The position numbers and the translations under genes are program-made. This document shows positions 1 to 12,004 of a DNA stretch of 64,000 nt, in pieces; within the stretch, counting starts at the first letter, position 1, and each line of letters starts with the position of its first letter. The notes under the pieces are model-generated. The model had not been told where the DNA came from. It searched no databases and saw nothing but the letters and a program-made list of their open reading frames with translations. Origin of the DNA: Heterodontus francisci (taxonomy: Eukaryota); assembly GCF_036365525.1 (NCBI RefSeq), contig NC_090398.1:19708936-19772935 (forward strand). Direction: 5' to 3'.

Positions 1-394
1 ATCAAAAAGGAAACGAGGAAAGCAAAGAGAGAGCATGACAGAATATTGGCAAGCAAAATCAAGTTGAACCCAAAGATGTTTAATCAATACGTTAAGAGTA
101 AGAGGATAACTAAGCAAAGAGCAGGGCCCATAAAAGACTAAAAACATAACCTATGTGTAAGGGCGAAAGATGTTGATATTGTTCTTAATGAATACTTTGT
201 GTCTGCATAAAAGAGGAGGACAATGCAGGTATTGTAGTTAAGGGAAAGGCATGTGAAGGATTGGATGTGATAAACATAGGGAGAGAGGAAGTATAAATGG
301 GATGAACATCCTTGATAAATCACCAGGACCGGATGAATCGTACGCCAGGCTATTAAAAGAAGCAAGTGATGAAATAGCAGAAGGTCTGACCATC
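1..394 (+). mobile_element. CR1-type LINE ORF2 fragment (degenerate), 3' side joined directly to the GPCR pseudogene
   Basis: Translates to ...DKSPGPDESYARLLKEASDEIAEGLTI, which matches the CR1 ORF2 segment DKSPGPDGLHPWLLKEAREEITDALRII seen at ~47450-47540. Confidence 0.85.
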
Positions 395-1279
395 TCTGCC
401 TACATGGTAGCGATAGCAACAGCAGATCTACTGGTCATGATTTTCCATATAATACTTAGTCACATTTGTACATATCATTTCCCACATTCCTTTCTGTCCT
501 ATACTGCCGTTTGTAAGTTTATGAATTACATCAGTGCTACCAGCCTGCATATGTCCGTGTGGTTTACAACCTTGTTCACATTCGACAGATTTGTAGCTAT
601 ATGTTGTCAAAGGTTTAAAACAAAGTATTGCACAGTAAGAAATGCAGCTGTGGCTATAACAACAGTCTCTGTTCTAGTCTTTTCACACAGCGTCCCATTT
701 TTCTATGCATTTCAATCTGAGAAAATACTTAACAATATTGATTGGGGTTATCAATCCAGTCTGGCATTTTTTTCATCGCCTGCAGGAGTCGGGTTCTTCT
801 GGTTACAAAGTATTTTAGTGACTTGGATTCCTTTTTGTTTGATATTATTGTTTAATTGTTTGACAGTCAGACAGATTGTTGTTGCAAGTAAAGCGCGCAG
901 GGAATTGCGGGGTCACAGCAGCGAGAACCAGAGTGATCCAGAGATGGAAACTAGAAGGAAAACCATCATTTTACTGTTCAGTGTATCGGGCAGTTATATA
1001 GTGCTGTGGATGACAAATATCATTAGTTTTTGAACTACCGGACTGGCAGATACAGCACATTACCGGGGCGATTATGCAGTCCCTAAGTACATCGCCACTG
1101 AAACCGGATATATGCTCTTGTATTTGAGTTCCTGTTCAAACACGTGTATTTATGCGGCTACACAAACTAAATTCAGGGAAGAACTAAAGATGGTGCTGAA
1201 ATATGTTTGGATATTTAGGATATTGGGTGAAACAAAGAACAAATCAAACGAAGATTTCTTGTCCGAAAACGTGTTATAA
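391..1279 (+). pseudogene. GPR139/GPR142-like class A GPCR pseudogene (copy 1): TM1 missing, premature stop
   Basis: ISAYMVAIATADLLV...TFDRFVAICC...SDPEMETRRK...SGSYIVLW aligns with copy 2. There is an in-frame TGA at 1031-1033, after which the frame continues TTGLADTAHYRGDY...SSCSNTCIYAATQTKFREELK to TAA 1277-1279. The ECL2 Cys is lost (WGY vs WGC). Confidence 0.9.
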
Positions 1280-3879
1280 TTACAGGCGGTGTTCATTTTT
1301 GAATGGCCGTTTTTCTGCGAGGACAAACGCGGATTGTTGTTGTGAAACTGTACAGATATCAGAACATATTTCTTTCACTGCATGCTGTCTGTATGATGTC
1401 GATATCTTTATCCGGATGAACATAATCACTTCCTGGTGCCGAGTCAGAGTGGACAGTAATGATTGAACTTCAGTGAAGTAGAGTATATGGGGTGTCAGTG
1501 GTAACTGCCCTCGACCTCAGCTACTGGAATGAGAGTCTCAGTTTCATTAACTGATAACCTTTTCTTTATTGAAGAAGCAAAGTCTTACAATCATAGTCAT
1601 TTTGTAATTCTGATGTAATTTTAATTTGAATGGTGCAGGCTCTGGTCTCCTCATCGGACTCTGACCATCCCCATACGGGACCCTCACCCGCCCCCACGCC
1701 CCTTGTCCTTCGTGCAATAGAACGGGCTCCTAATAAGTATCTAATGCTGGAAAAAGTAGAAATCTGACTTGCTAATGTGACGTTAGATAGCTATGTTCAT
1801 TTATATTTATTCAAACTCTCAACTGCTCATCCAAACGTTGGAATGTTACCACAGGAGAAAAATTTGTGCGACCCAATCAGTCCAAGTCGACGTTTACCCT
1901 CCACCCTGACAAATAGTTCACTTTACCATCTCTGTCTCAACGTATCTTTTGTCTATTTTTATTTGACCATCTTTTCAATATAATCTTGAATATAAATATA
2001 ATTTCTGCCTCGGTTAATTCTACTGCCTCACAGCTCTCCATATAAGAAAGTCTCTCCTACCCTTAGTTCTAAACATTTTACATTAAATCTTCAATCACGA
2101 GCCGTGCTTTACAGATGCCTCAATAGGAACACACTGCTTCCATATCCTTTCATATTCTTGCATAACGTAAATCACCTGGGCAAGCCTCACCAAAATATAT
2201 CAAACTTGTCTCAATGAACAAACTAGCGAATGTCAAGAAAGTGTATTTAAAATGGCGAACTGACAGATTTCTGTTGGAAATGCTTCTATCCTTGCTTGTG
2301 CTGGAGAATGAGAGGAATATATTTGATAGCTTGTCGCTTTCGGAATCATCAGCTCATGTGGGAAGAGATTCTAATAAAATGCCTCCACATCCCCATTGAT
2401 AGAAGCCCGAAAGGTTAGGAATAGCTTGAATCAAATGTCTTATGCTGGATGACCTTGGGATATCAGTGTGTGTGCAGAAGTGATGTGTTACCCGTGTCAC
2501 ACTCGGCTTGTAATGTCATGATGAAGATGGTCTGAGGAACGAATCCAAAACGTGGTCACTCAGGCTGATAAGACCACTCCACGAAATGGTTAATGAGTCT
2601 CTAGATAGTGAGAGCTTGTTTAAAATGAATTGATAGAGATCTGCGCAAATGATTAGATCGAGATAGATCTATGATCCTGATGACATGCTGTTTAATGATG
2701 CCTGAAAATACTCTAATGTTTCTCGGTATATTATAATAATGTTAAACTTTTGGCATTTTCCTGTTAAACAGGAAAATACGACTCCATTTAAGTCACAACT
2801 GGGCGGTTGGACCAGGCTGTAATAGTCATTTTCACGATAATTAATAAGACATTTTACGAAAGCCATGCCAGTGTATTCATAACTTTCAAAGAATTTTAAT
2901 CATTTGATTACTGGTGATAACTAATTCTGCAAAGGCAAACATTTGTCATATGTCATCATTTGCAATTGTAAGCAATGATACAGAAACAAGGAAAAAAAAC
3001 AAAGAATTCAAAGTCTAACTTGGTATAATTGTACAGAGATAGATCAAAAGTGAAACTATCGGTAAATAAGGAACTGAGGCTATAATATCTGTTAGGCCCA
3101 TGGAGGAACAGCTGGCTCAGTGAGGGAAAAATCGTTATTGACAAACAATAACTAAACGTTATTCTTTGTATAATTACGTACCACAGAATTGTGTGGATTG
3201 CCACACAGAGACAGTGAGAGAAAATGATTCAAAAAACGACCATTTTGTAATGAGTATCGTCATGAACTCAGAACGGTAAAACACTTAAATTCCCACGCAA
3301 TCATCACCGTGTGTGAGCGAAATCTAACATTTTAATTGTGTATTTAAGTACTATTACGTGTACTGCGTGTTTAATAAACATGATATCTCACTTCCGTGTT
3401 CATGAAACTTATTGAAAACATTATGCCAACAATAACCCTAGCATTATAAATATGAATGGGCATCATTTATTAATTTTGATTAAATTCCCCCTTTACCTAT
3501 CACATTTGCTCCCCGTCATTCAGAAGTTCAAAAAACCAAACTCCACACAATTCCATTTGCCCATGGATCTCAGGCTCTGCCAATCTGGCTGATATCCAGC
3601 TTCTGTGGGAAATGGTGGTGAATTACGAGCAGTTTTTCTTTGTACCCATAATGGACACATTCTAATTTAACTGAATCCAGACGATCAACAGGATTACGGC
3701 AAGAGCCAGGCAGCAGGCAGATGCTGTAATTCCATTGATTATATCAATAGCAATGTATCTGCACCCAACTACAATTGTGAGAAGCCGATATGTCATCATT
3801 CACATCATCCAAAATCAACACGCAAAATAGAAAGCAATGGCATGAAGAAGTTAACTGTTGCATTACTACGTCAATTTTA

Positions 3880-4470
3880 TTCCCATATGGTTGTGATACA
3901 GCCACCCCTGTTCCTAATTAAAAAGTTGTCGTGTTCCCTTGAGTGTCTTTATTTCTAATTAAACAGTTACTGTGTTCTCCTGACATTCCGTGCCCTCTAC
4001 TTGTTATTGAAGAGTATCTGTGTTCCCTTGTCACCTACTTCGAAAAACATGGTGTCTGTTCCTTGCGCCCAATTCCTAAACTTCTAAAAATTCTGAACTG
4101 AACAGTTACTGTGTTCTCCTAAATTTCCCTGTTCTCTATTTCTCTATGAAACCGTTAGTATGTTTTCCTAACTTATCCTGTCGTTTATTTCTAATTTAGC
4201 AGTGATTATGCTTCGCTAAACTCATTATTTCTAATTAAACATGCACTGTTTTCCGAAATCTCCCTGTTCTCTATTTCGAATTAAACAGTTACTGTACTCC
4301 CCGAAATCTCCCTTTTTCTCTTGCTCATTGAAACGTTACCGTGGTCCCCCTAAATCTGCCTGTTCCACATTTCTAATTAAACTGTTACTCTATACCACTA
4401 AACTCACGTTTATTTTATTTCTAATTAAATTGTTGTTGCAATCCTCAAAATCCCCTGTCCTTTATATCTA
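3880..4470. repeat. Degenerate AT-rich minisatellite, ~40-45 bp unit (TTCTAATTAAACAGTTACTGTGTTCTCC...)
   Basis: Recurrent tttctaattaaa(c)agttactgtgttc motif visible about a dozen times. Confidence 0.75.
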
Positions 4471-4479
4471 TGTAACAGT

Positions 4480-5960
4480 TACACTGTGAGCGAGGAGGTA
4501 AAAGGGCAGATGCTAGACATCCTGTGATTGCTTGGGAAGGTGCCATGGGAAAGGGTGAGATGTCAGGGGTGCTGGACAATGAGACCAGGAGGTCACGGCG
4601 AGAATGGTCCCATCTGAATGCTGAGAGGGAGTGGACATGTTCGGTAGTAGCATCACCATTGATGTGTCGGAAACGATGGGTGATAAGCCTGTAGATCAAG
4701 AGGCTGATGGTGTGGAAAAGGAGGACAATGGGAACCCCATCCCGCTTCTGGGGGGGAAGGGAAGGGGTGAGGGTTGAACTGCGGGAAATGGGTGGACACT
4801 GATGAAGGAACTGTCAACCAAAGTGGAATAGGAGGAGGGGAATGCTCAGTTGAAGGAAAATGAAGCATATTAAAAGTGCTGCTGTGGAAGGTGGCATCAT
4901 CTAAACAGATATGATGCAGATGGAAAAACTGGGAGCATGGAATGGAGTCCTTACAGATGACAGAGTGTGAGGAGGTGTAGTCAAGGTAGCTGTGGGAGTA
5001 GGTGGGCTCATAATGAGCATTACTACACAGCCTATCCCCAGAAATGGAGACCGAGAAGTCGAAAAATGGAAGGGAAATGTGACAGTGCAAAGGTGAGAGA
5101 AGGGTGGAAATTGGAAACGAAGTTGATGAAGTTTCCATTTCGGGAAGAGAGCAGGAACGTCACTGATACAGTCATCAATGTACCGAAAAAAGAGTTGGGG
5201 GAGTGAGCCTGAGTAGGACTAGAACAAGAATGTTCAACATACCGCACAAAAAGACATGCATAACGAGGTCCCATATAGGTACCCATAGCAACACAGGGGT
5301 GGCACAGTGGCGCAGTGGTTAGCACTGCAGCCTCACAGCTCCAGGGACCCGGGTTCGATTCTGGGTACTGCCTGTGTGGAGTTTGCAAGTTCTCCCTGTG
5401 TCTGCGTGGGTTTTCTCCGGGTGCTCCGGTTTCCTCCCACAAGCCAAAAGACTTGCAGGTTGATAGGTAAATTGGCCATTATAAATTGTCACTATTATAG
5501 GTAGGTGGCAGGGAAATAATGGGACAGGTGGGGAAGTTTGGTAGGAATATGGGATTAGTGTAGGATTAGTATAAATGGGTGGTTGATGGTCGGCACAGAC
5601 TCGGTGGGCCGAAGGGCCTGTTTCAGTGCTGTATCTCTAATCGAATCTAAACACCTTTAAATTCGAGGAAGCGAGTAGAATTGAAGGAAAAGTTATTCAA
5701 TGTGAGAACAAGTTCAGCCAGGAGCAGGAAGGTGGCGGTTGATGATGGCTGGTTGGGCCTCTGTTCAAGGAGGAAACCGAGTGGTCCCAAGCCGTCCTTG
5801 TGGGAGATGGAGGTGTAGAGAGACTGGACTTCCAAAAGGAAGAGTTACATCCAGGAAGTATGCAATGGTGCAGGCCATCAGAAGAATCACGGATGTAAAT
5901 TGGAAGAGACTGGACAAGGGGAGAAATATAGAGTCAAGCGAAAAAGAAATACATTCAGTG
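4480..5960 (-). mobile_element. Penelope-like retroelement RT fragment (degenerate), interrupted by a SINE
   Basis: Minus-strand peptides EVQSLYTSISH, LAELVLTLNNFSFN, GVAMGTYMGPRYACLF and YLDYTSSH are typical PLE reverse transcriptase motifs. Confidence 0.85.
5296..5649 (+). mobile_element. tRNA-derived V-SINE (HE1-like)
   Basis: tRNA-like head (GGCGCAGTGGTTAGCAC...GGGTTCGATTC), V-domain (GTGTCTGCGTGGGTTTTCTCCGGGTGCTCCGGTTTCCTCCCAC) and CR1-like tail GGGCCGAAGGGCCTGTTTC. Possible AACAC TSD at 5290-5294 and 5650-5654. Confidence 0.9.
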
Positions 5961-5974
5961 GGGCAGAAATATAT

Positions 5975-6965
5975 ACAGTGGGGTTTACCAGCGATTGTTG
6001 TTGGGACCCCTGCTTTTTTGATACAGATTTAAGGCCTAGATTGGGTATACAGTGTACAACTTCAAAATATGTGGATGAAATAAAACGTTGAATTAGTGCC
6101 AATTGTGAGGATGATAGTGATAAACTTCAAAAGGATATCGGGTGGTGGAATGGGTGAACAAGTGGCAGATGAAAGTTAATGCAGAAAAGTGTGAAGTGAT
6201 TCATTTTGGTACAAAGAATGAGGAGAGACAATATAAATTAAAGGATAGAATTCTAACGGGGTGTCAGACCAGACGGACCTTGGGGATAAATATTGAAGGT
6301 TTCAGGGCAAGTTGAGAAAGCATATGTGATCCTGGACTTTATAAATAGGGGCATACAGTATAAAAAAGCAAAGAGGTTCTGATAAACATGAAGAAACACT
6401 TGTTTGGAGTCACCTGGAGTATTGTGTCCAAATCTGGACAGCGCATTTTTGGAAAGATATTAAGGCATTGGAGAAGGTGCAAAAACAATTCACGAGAATG
6501 ATTCCAGGGATGAGGAAGTTTTGTGACGTGGAAAGGTTGGAGATGCTGTGTCTGTTCTCTGTGAAAAGAAGATGAAGAGGAAAGTTGATCGAAAGTTGTT
6601 CGAAATCATGAGATATCTCTACAGATTAGATAGGGAGAATGTGTCCCCACTGGCCGAATGATCCAGAACCAGAGGGCACGGATTTAAGATGATTGGCAAA
6701 AGGAGCTACTGTGGCATGAGGAAAAACATTTATCCACCGCGAGTGGTTAGGATCTGGAATGAACTGCCTGACATTGTGGTGGAGGCAGATTCAATCGAGG
6801 CTTTCAAAAGAGAACTGGATAGTTATCTGAAGAGAAAAATAATAAGTGGCTACAGGGAAAAGATGGGGAGTGGGACTTATGTTATTCGCTCTTGCAGAGA
6901 GCCAGCACGGACCTGACGGGTCAAATGGTCTCCTCTGCTGTAACCTTTCTTTGATTCTTTGATTT
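5975..6965 (+). mobile_element. CR1 LINE 3' portion
   Basis: RT C-terminal peptides (SKYVDEIK, RVVRIWNELP, IEAFKRELDSYL) and a CR1-type 3' end. Confidence 0.85.
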
Positions 6966-6979
6966 TATATTCAAGAGCA

Positions 6980-7745
6980 TTCAGGTACATCTGAATGCAA
7001 ATATTTTCCAGTCCTTTGCCATTCAAACATTAATCTGTCTTATTTTAAATTATTTGTCTTATCAAAGTGGATAACCGTACACTTTGCCACATTATATTGC
7101 ATCTATCATGTTCTTGCCCACTCAACAACTCTGTCTACATTCCTTTGCAGCCTCTTTGCATCCTCCTCACTGCTTACTTTCCCACCCAACTTTGTATTGT
7201 CAGCACACTTGTGTACCTTACACTCAGACCTTTCATCCAAGTCATCGATATCGATTGCAAATAGCTGAGGCTCAAATACTGATCCTTGCAGTGCCCCACT
7301 AAATACAACCTGCCAACACATAAAGTCCTGTTTATTGCTCCTTTCTTTTTTGTAGATTAACGAATTCTAAATCCATGCTCATATAATACGTCCATTCCCA
7401 TGGGTCCTAATTTTGTGCAATAAACTCATGTATGGCACCTTATGGATTGATTCTTGCAAATATATAAAAACTACATCTGCTGATTCCCTGTAAACCATCT
7501 TAGGAGTTACATCCTCAAAAAATTCAAACAGGGTTGTCAAACGCAATTTCCATTTCATTAATCCGTGTTGACTCTGCATAATCATATTATGAATTCCCAA
7601 AATCCCTGTTACCACATTCCTTCTAGTAGATTCCAGCATTTTTCCTATGACTGATATCAGGCTAACTAGTTCCCCATTTTCTCTCTCGTATTTTTTTTCA
7701 ACTAACCAGAATGTCTTTGTTATTATTCAGTCCTTGGCAATTGTC
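6980..7745 (-). mobile_element. CR1 LINE RT fragment
   Basis: Minus-strand peptides SGALQGSVFEPQLF, KCADNTKLGG and SQHGLMK. Confidence 0.85.
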
Positions 7746-7756
7746 TAGAATCTAGA

Positions 7757-9330
7757 ATTATGATTCCACCAGACTTGACTTCCAATGTTATTCTATCCGA
7801 CCTCCCATCTTCCACACTCCATACAATTGGAATTACAGTTCTGGCCAGGTGGTAAGGGGTATGGGTGATTCACAAAGTTCACTTCCCAACTGACCGCAAT
7901 CGTGTTTTATTTAAAATAATGAATTAGTCCCTGAGTGTTTTACTCGCCAACTAAACAGAGAGTGATAGGTTTTCTTGTAAGTTTTAAACAGAAGTTTAAA
8001 TATTTAATGAGCAACATTCATTCCCCGAAATAGTTGCAACAACATTCACGCAAGCATTCACTCTCACATGCGCTCTTGAGAGAAGATATACAGAACATCA
8101 AGGGTGAGTTACAAGGTGTGGTAGCTATGTGTGGTTTATGGTAAACCTGCTGAATCTTCTAAGTAGAACAGGCTCATTTAAAAATGTAGGCCTAGCTTGT
8201 TTGTTGTCTTGACTTGCTGAGGTGTTGTTCATTTCTGGTGATCAGGATTTCAGATTGATTGTGATGGGTCACTTTCAGTTCTCTGCTGCACCAAGTTGAA
8301 GTATAGAATTCACAGCAGGGTTCCTTCTTTGTTTTGGTTTTATCATTTCACAGCCCCCTGGCTCGACTACCTTCTGTGATGTTGCTTTGATCTCCCCTCT
8401 CTCTCTGTCCAGAGAACTACCTTTTAAGATAAATCCTCTCACATTAGCTTCTGTCAGGAGATGCAAGGCCTTCTCCCATGTTGTGACCACACAATACACC
8501 AGGATGTAGAAATCATGGCCATCAATTAATGTGTGCTTGGGTAAAATTCAGGGGCAACTTCACAGCGTTTGTGATTCAGAAGTATCCATTCAATTCAGGA
8601 ATATCCCTTGATGTTTCAGGAATGGTGTAGTAGACATTTCTTAGCCTGAAATGTATCTTTTTTTCCTTAACAGGAAGTAAGGCAATGTTTGAATACATAG
8701 GCCAGGTTGGCTGATCACCAGTGGCTGTTTTTGCAACATTGCCCCACATCTTTCAAAAGGTAAAGTCAATTATAAAATAGTCCACCTCGAATAAAGTTCG
8801 TATCTTAAAAGTAACAATATAATATCGCTCTACTGGACATGACATTACCAAAAGTTGCTGCTTAGAAAGTAACCGGCATGAAGTCCCATTCACGCATCAC
8901 TCCTGTACCCATTGAACTGCATTGGCTCTCAGCACAGCAACGTATAGATTTAAAAATCCATCCTCGTGTTTAAATCCCTGCAAGACATAGACCCTGCAGA
9001 CCTCTGTGACATTATGCAGTCCAATAAACTTCAGAGAAATCTGATCTCTTGTGCATGAGAAAATTTCTTTGCCCCGCCATGGGAAGCTTGACCTTCAGCT
9101 GTGCATTCTCCAACCTCTGAAATTCCTCCCTAAACCGTTCTACCTCACTCGCCTTTGGTAAATTCTCCTTAAAACCTATGGCTTTGTCCATTCTTTTGGT
9201 CAACTGACCTAATATCACTTTCTTTGGCTCAGTTTCCCTCCCTGCATTTTTTTACGCTCATGTGAAGTGCTTTGCGGCATTTTCTTAAGTTTATGGCGCT
9301 ACATAGATAAAAGTTGTTGTTGGTGTAATG
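7757..9330 (+). mobile_element. L2-type LINE 3' fragment split by an LTR-like insertion (7837-8844)
   Basis: The flanks join into an L2-like sequence (...ctccatacaattggaattac|caaaagttgctgc...cattcacgcatcactcctg...cattggctc...) ending in an L2-type tail (ggcgctacatagataaaagttgttgttg). Confidence 0.65.
7837..8844. mobile_element. Putative solo LTR (~1 kb), Gypsy-like
   Basis: Ends in ...CATGACA, starts AG (possibly a mutated TG), flanked by a 4-bp direct repeat TTAC (7833-7836, 8845-8848), and splits a continuous L2 fragment. Confidence 0.55.
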
Positions 9331-9539
9331 AACAGCCATTCATGCCAGTCCTCTCGCCTATATGAATCTAGAAGAGCTAGTGAATTTACAGTGACCAATG
9401 GGGTTGGACTTGTAGTATTAACTCTTTTGCAATGAACAGCTCTCATTGGCACGTCCCAACAGCCACATGCTTCTCACTTGTTCCGTCAATTTACAGTGAT
9501 CAGTGGAGTTGGGCTGTACTGATTCCACTAGTGGTATTC

Positions 9540-10810
9540 AAGCAATGAGGAGGATAGGAACAGACTTTAAGAGAACAAAGACACTGGTGAAATGCCAGAC
9601 ACATGACAGAAGAAACTTAATATAGAGATGCGTGAAGTAATACATTTTAGTAGAAATTACAAGGGGAGACAATATGATCAAAATGGTACGGCTTTAAAGG
9701 TGTTACAGAGTCAGAGATTTCAGGAGGCATATGTATATTAAAAGATTACAGGATATCTTAGCAAGGCTGTTACAAAACAAATAGGATCATTCGCTTTATT
9801 AACAGAGGAATAGAGTGCACAACCAAGGAAATTATGTTAATCACTTATAAAATACTGGTTCGGCTTCAGCTTGAACATTGTATTAAATTCTGGACATCAC
9901 TCTTTAGGAAGAATGTCAAGGCCTTAGATGAGGTGCAGAAGAGAATTACTAGAATGGCACCAGCGATGAGGGTCTATCAACATCCTAGGGGTTTGGGGAC
10001 ACTATCCAGGACAAAACAACCTGCTTTATTGGCACCCCATCCACAACCATTCACTCCCTCCACCATCGACGCACAGTGGCAGCAGTGTGGACCATCTACA
10101 AGATGCACTGCAGCAACACTCCAAGGATCCTTAGACAGCACCTTCCAGACCCACGACCTCTTCCTACCAGAAGGACAAGGGCAGAAAATGCATGGGAACA
10201 CCACCACCTGCAAGTTCCCCTTCAAGTCACACACCATCCTGTCTTGAAACTATATTGCCGTTCCTTCACTGTCACTGGGTCAAAATCCTTGAACTCCCTT
10301 CCGAGCAGCACTGTGGGAATACCTACCTCACATGGACTGCAGCAGTTCAAGAAGGCAGCTCACCACCACCTTCTCAAGGGCAATTAGGGATGGGCAATAA
10401 ATGCTGGCCAAGCCGGTGAGAAGGCTGAGGGGAGATATGATTGAGATGTATAAAAGTGTGAGAGGCCCGAACACAGTGCATGTTAAGGGCCCATCTATCT
10501 TAGCAGAGAGGTCAGTGACTAACGGGTATAGATTTAACGTGATTGATAGAAACATTGGAGGTGAGACGAGGTAAACAAGTTTCACCCTGAGGGTGGTGGA
10601 GGTCTGGAACTCACTGCCTGAATGGGTAGTAGAGTTAGAAACCCCCAATTCATTTTAAAGGTGTCTGGATATACACCTCAAGTACCATAACCTGCCGGGC
10701 TATGGCCCAAATGTTGGAAGGTTGGATTAGGCTGGGTGTCTCATTTTGCAGCCAACGAAGACATGATTGCCCAAGGGGCCTCTTTCTGTTCCCTAAACGT
10801 TTATGATGCG
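9540..10810 (+). mobile_element. CR1 LINE 3' portion, interrupted by another LINE 3' end (9976-10413)
   Basis: YKILVRLQLEHCIKFW peptide, then RLRGDMIEMYK...VWNSLPE and a CR1 3' end after 10415. Confidence 0.8.
9976..10413 (+). mobile_element. 3' end of the LINE family also present at 24730-27515
   Basis: AAVWTIYKMHCSN...RSFTVTGSKSLNSLPSSTVG...QFKKAAHHHLLKGN; nucleotide similarity to 27400-27515. Confidence 0.8.
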
Positions 10811-12004
10811 GTACGTCTGACTCAGGAGGTTCAACAGGATTCTTTCGTTAAATGACCAGAGAGTGAATTCTGGGAGCATCTCAGAGAAATCCATTTTGCT
10901 GCAGAATAAACACAGAGCAAAATAAAATGTCTCTACTGGCAGAGAAACAATAAGATGTTGGCAGCAAATGAAGGCATTGCCACGTCTTTGTGAAGAAATT
11001 AAAAGTAAAATATTTGCTCCCCAAAGTTGTAAGAGAGATTATGTGTGAGGTTATTGCTCTCGCTGTTCCATGCTGCATCCTTTCTCCCTGCACCGTTATC
11101 ACAGGACATTTTCACGTTGCTCTGGCTCTCGGGCTGGTGTGGCACAGCCTTGCCTGTGCCTTTTGCCTTTTATTCTCTGATCTGTCAGTAAATCCTTAAT
11201 GAAGATCTATTGGAGGATAAATCTAGGGCGAACAACCCGGGTAATTCCTTTTGTAATAGTCGGTATTACAGGTGTTGCAGCTATAAAGCTGGGAGTTGGA
11301 TCTTGAGGTGAAGCTGCTGGTCGGCAGTGAGATGAGCGATCTCCTGTCCCAGCTCCTTCCTCTTGGGACTCCCTCGATGCTCTAAGCCGAGTATCCCGGG
11401 GTTCAATACGTTTCAATGAAAATCAAGTTTCTAAAGCAGGCTGGTCATCTGAATACTCCAAGTGAAGGAATGGAATAGGACTCTGGGTCTATTTTGCGGG
11501 AATGGTGAAGTTGGACCTTGATTCACTGGGTCGGCCTGGTCCATTCATTTCAGGATATTTCCAAGAATATCAAGAACAGCGGTTAACATCGTTAACGCAA
11601 TGAAACGGTCAAAGTGGCTTCACTGAAGCCTAATAAGACAAGTATCGACACGGTGTCAAAGAGCGTTCTTTGTTGGAGGTGAGACCAGTGGTAGAGGAGG
11701 AACTGAGTTTACAGAGATTAATTTGCTCCTGCAATTGTGTGTTACATTTCAGAATGATGCTGGAATAGTGAGCCGGTTTGGCGGAGGAGAACAGGGCCTG
11801 GTGGTGCTTGATGCTGTTCAGCCAGGTCTGCCGATGGATGGTTGAAGCAGTTGTTGACTACATACCTTTATGTGTTTTAGGCTTGGAATGATAAAGGCAA
11901 AGTTAGGGCAGATATGCAGAAGGAACATTAGTAGGAGAGAGTAAGGAATTTACTGCAGTCTACATTGTCAAAGGGGCCGCGGCATATTGACAGCAGCAGA
12001 TGGA

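Noticed and set aside
302-1033. 243-aa ORF as an intact receptor with a novel N-terminus
   Set aside because: The N-terminus is CR1-derived, TM1 and TM7 are absent from the ORF, and the stop is premature.
1031-1033. Selenocysteine or read-through at the in-frame TGA codons of copies 1 and 4
   Set aside because: The aligned position in copies 2 and 3 is Ile/Val rather than Cys, no SECIS was recognised, and other lesions point to decay.
5296-5375. tRNA genes (also ~18378 and ~20763)
   Set aside because: These are tRNA-derived SINE heads continuing into the V-domain and LINE-like tail.
10880-12000. Possible ancient coding or retroelement remnant
   Set aside because: No motif could be recognised with confidence, so it is left unannotated.
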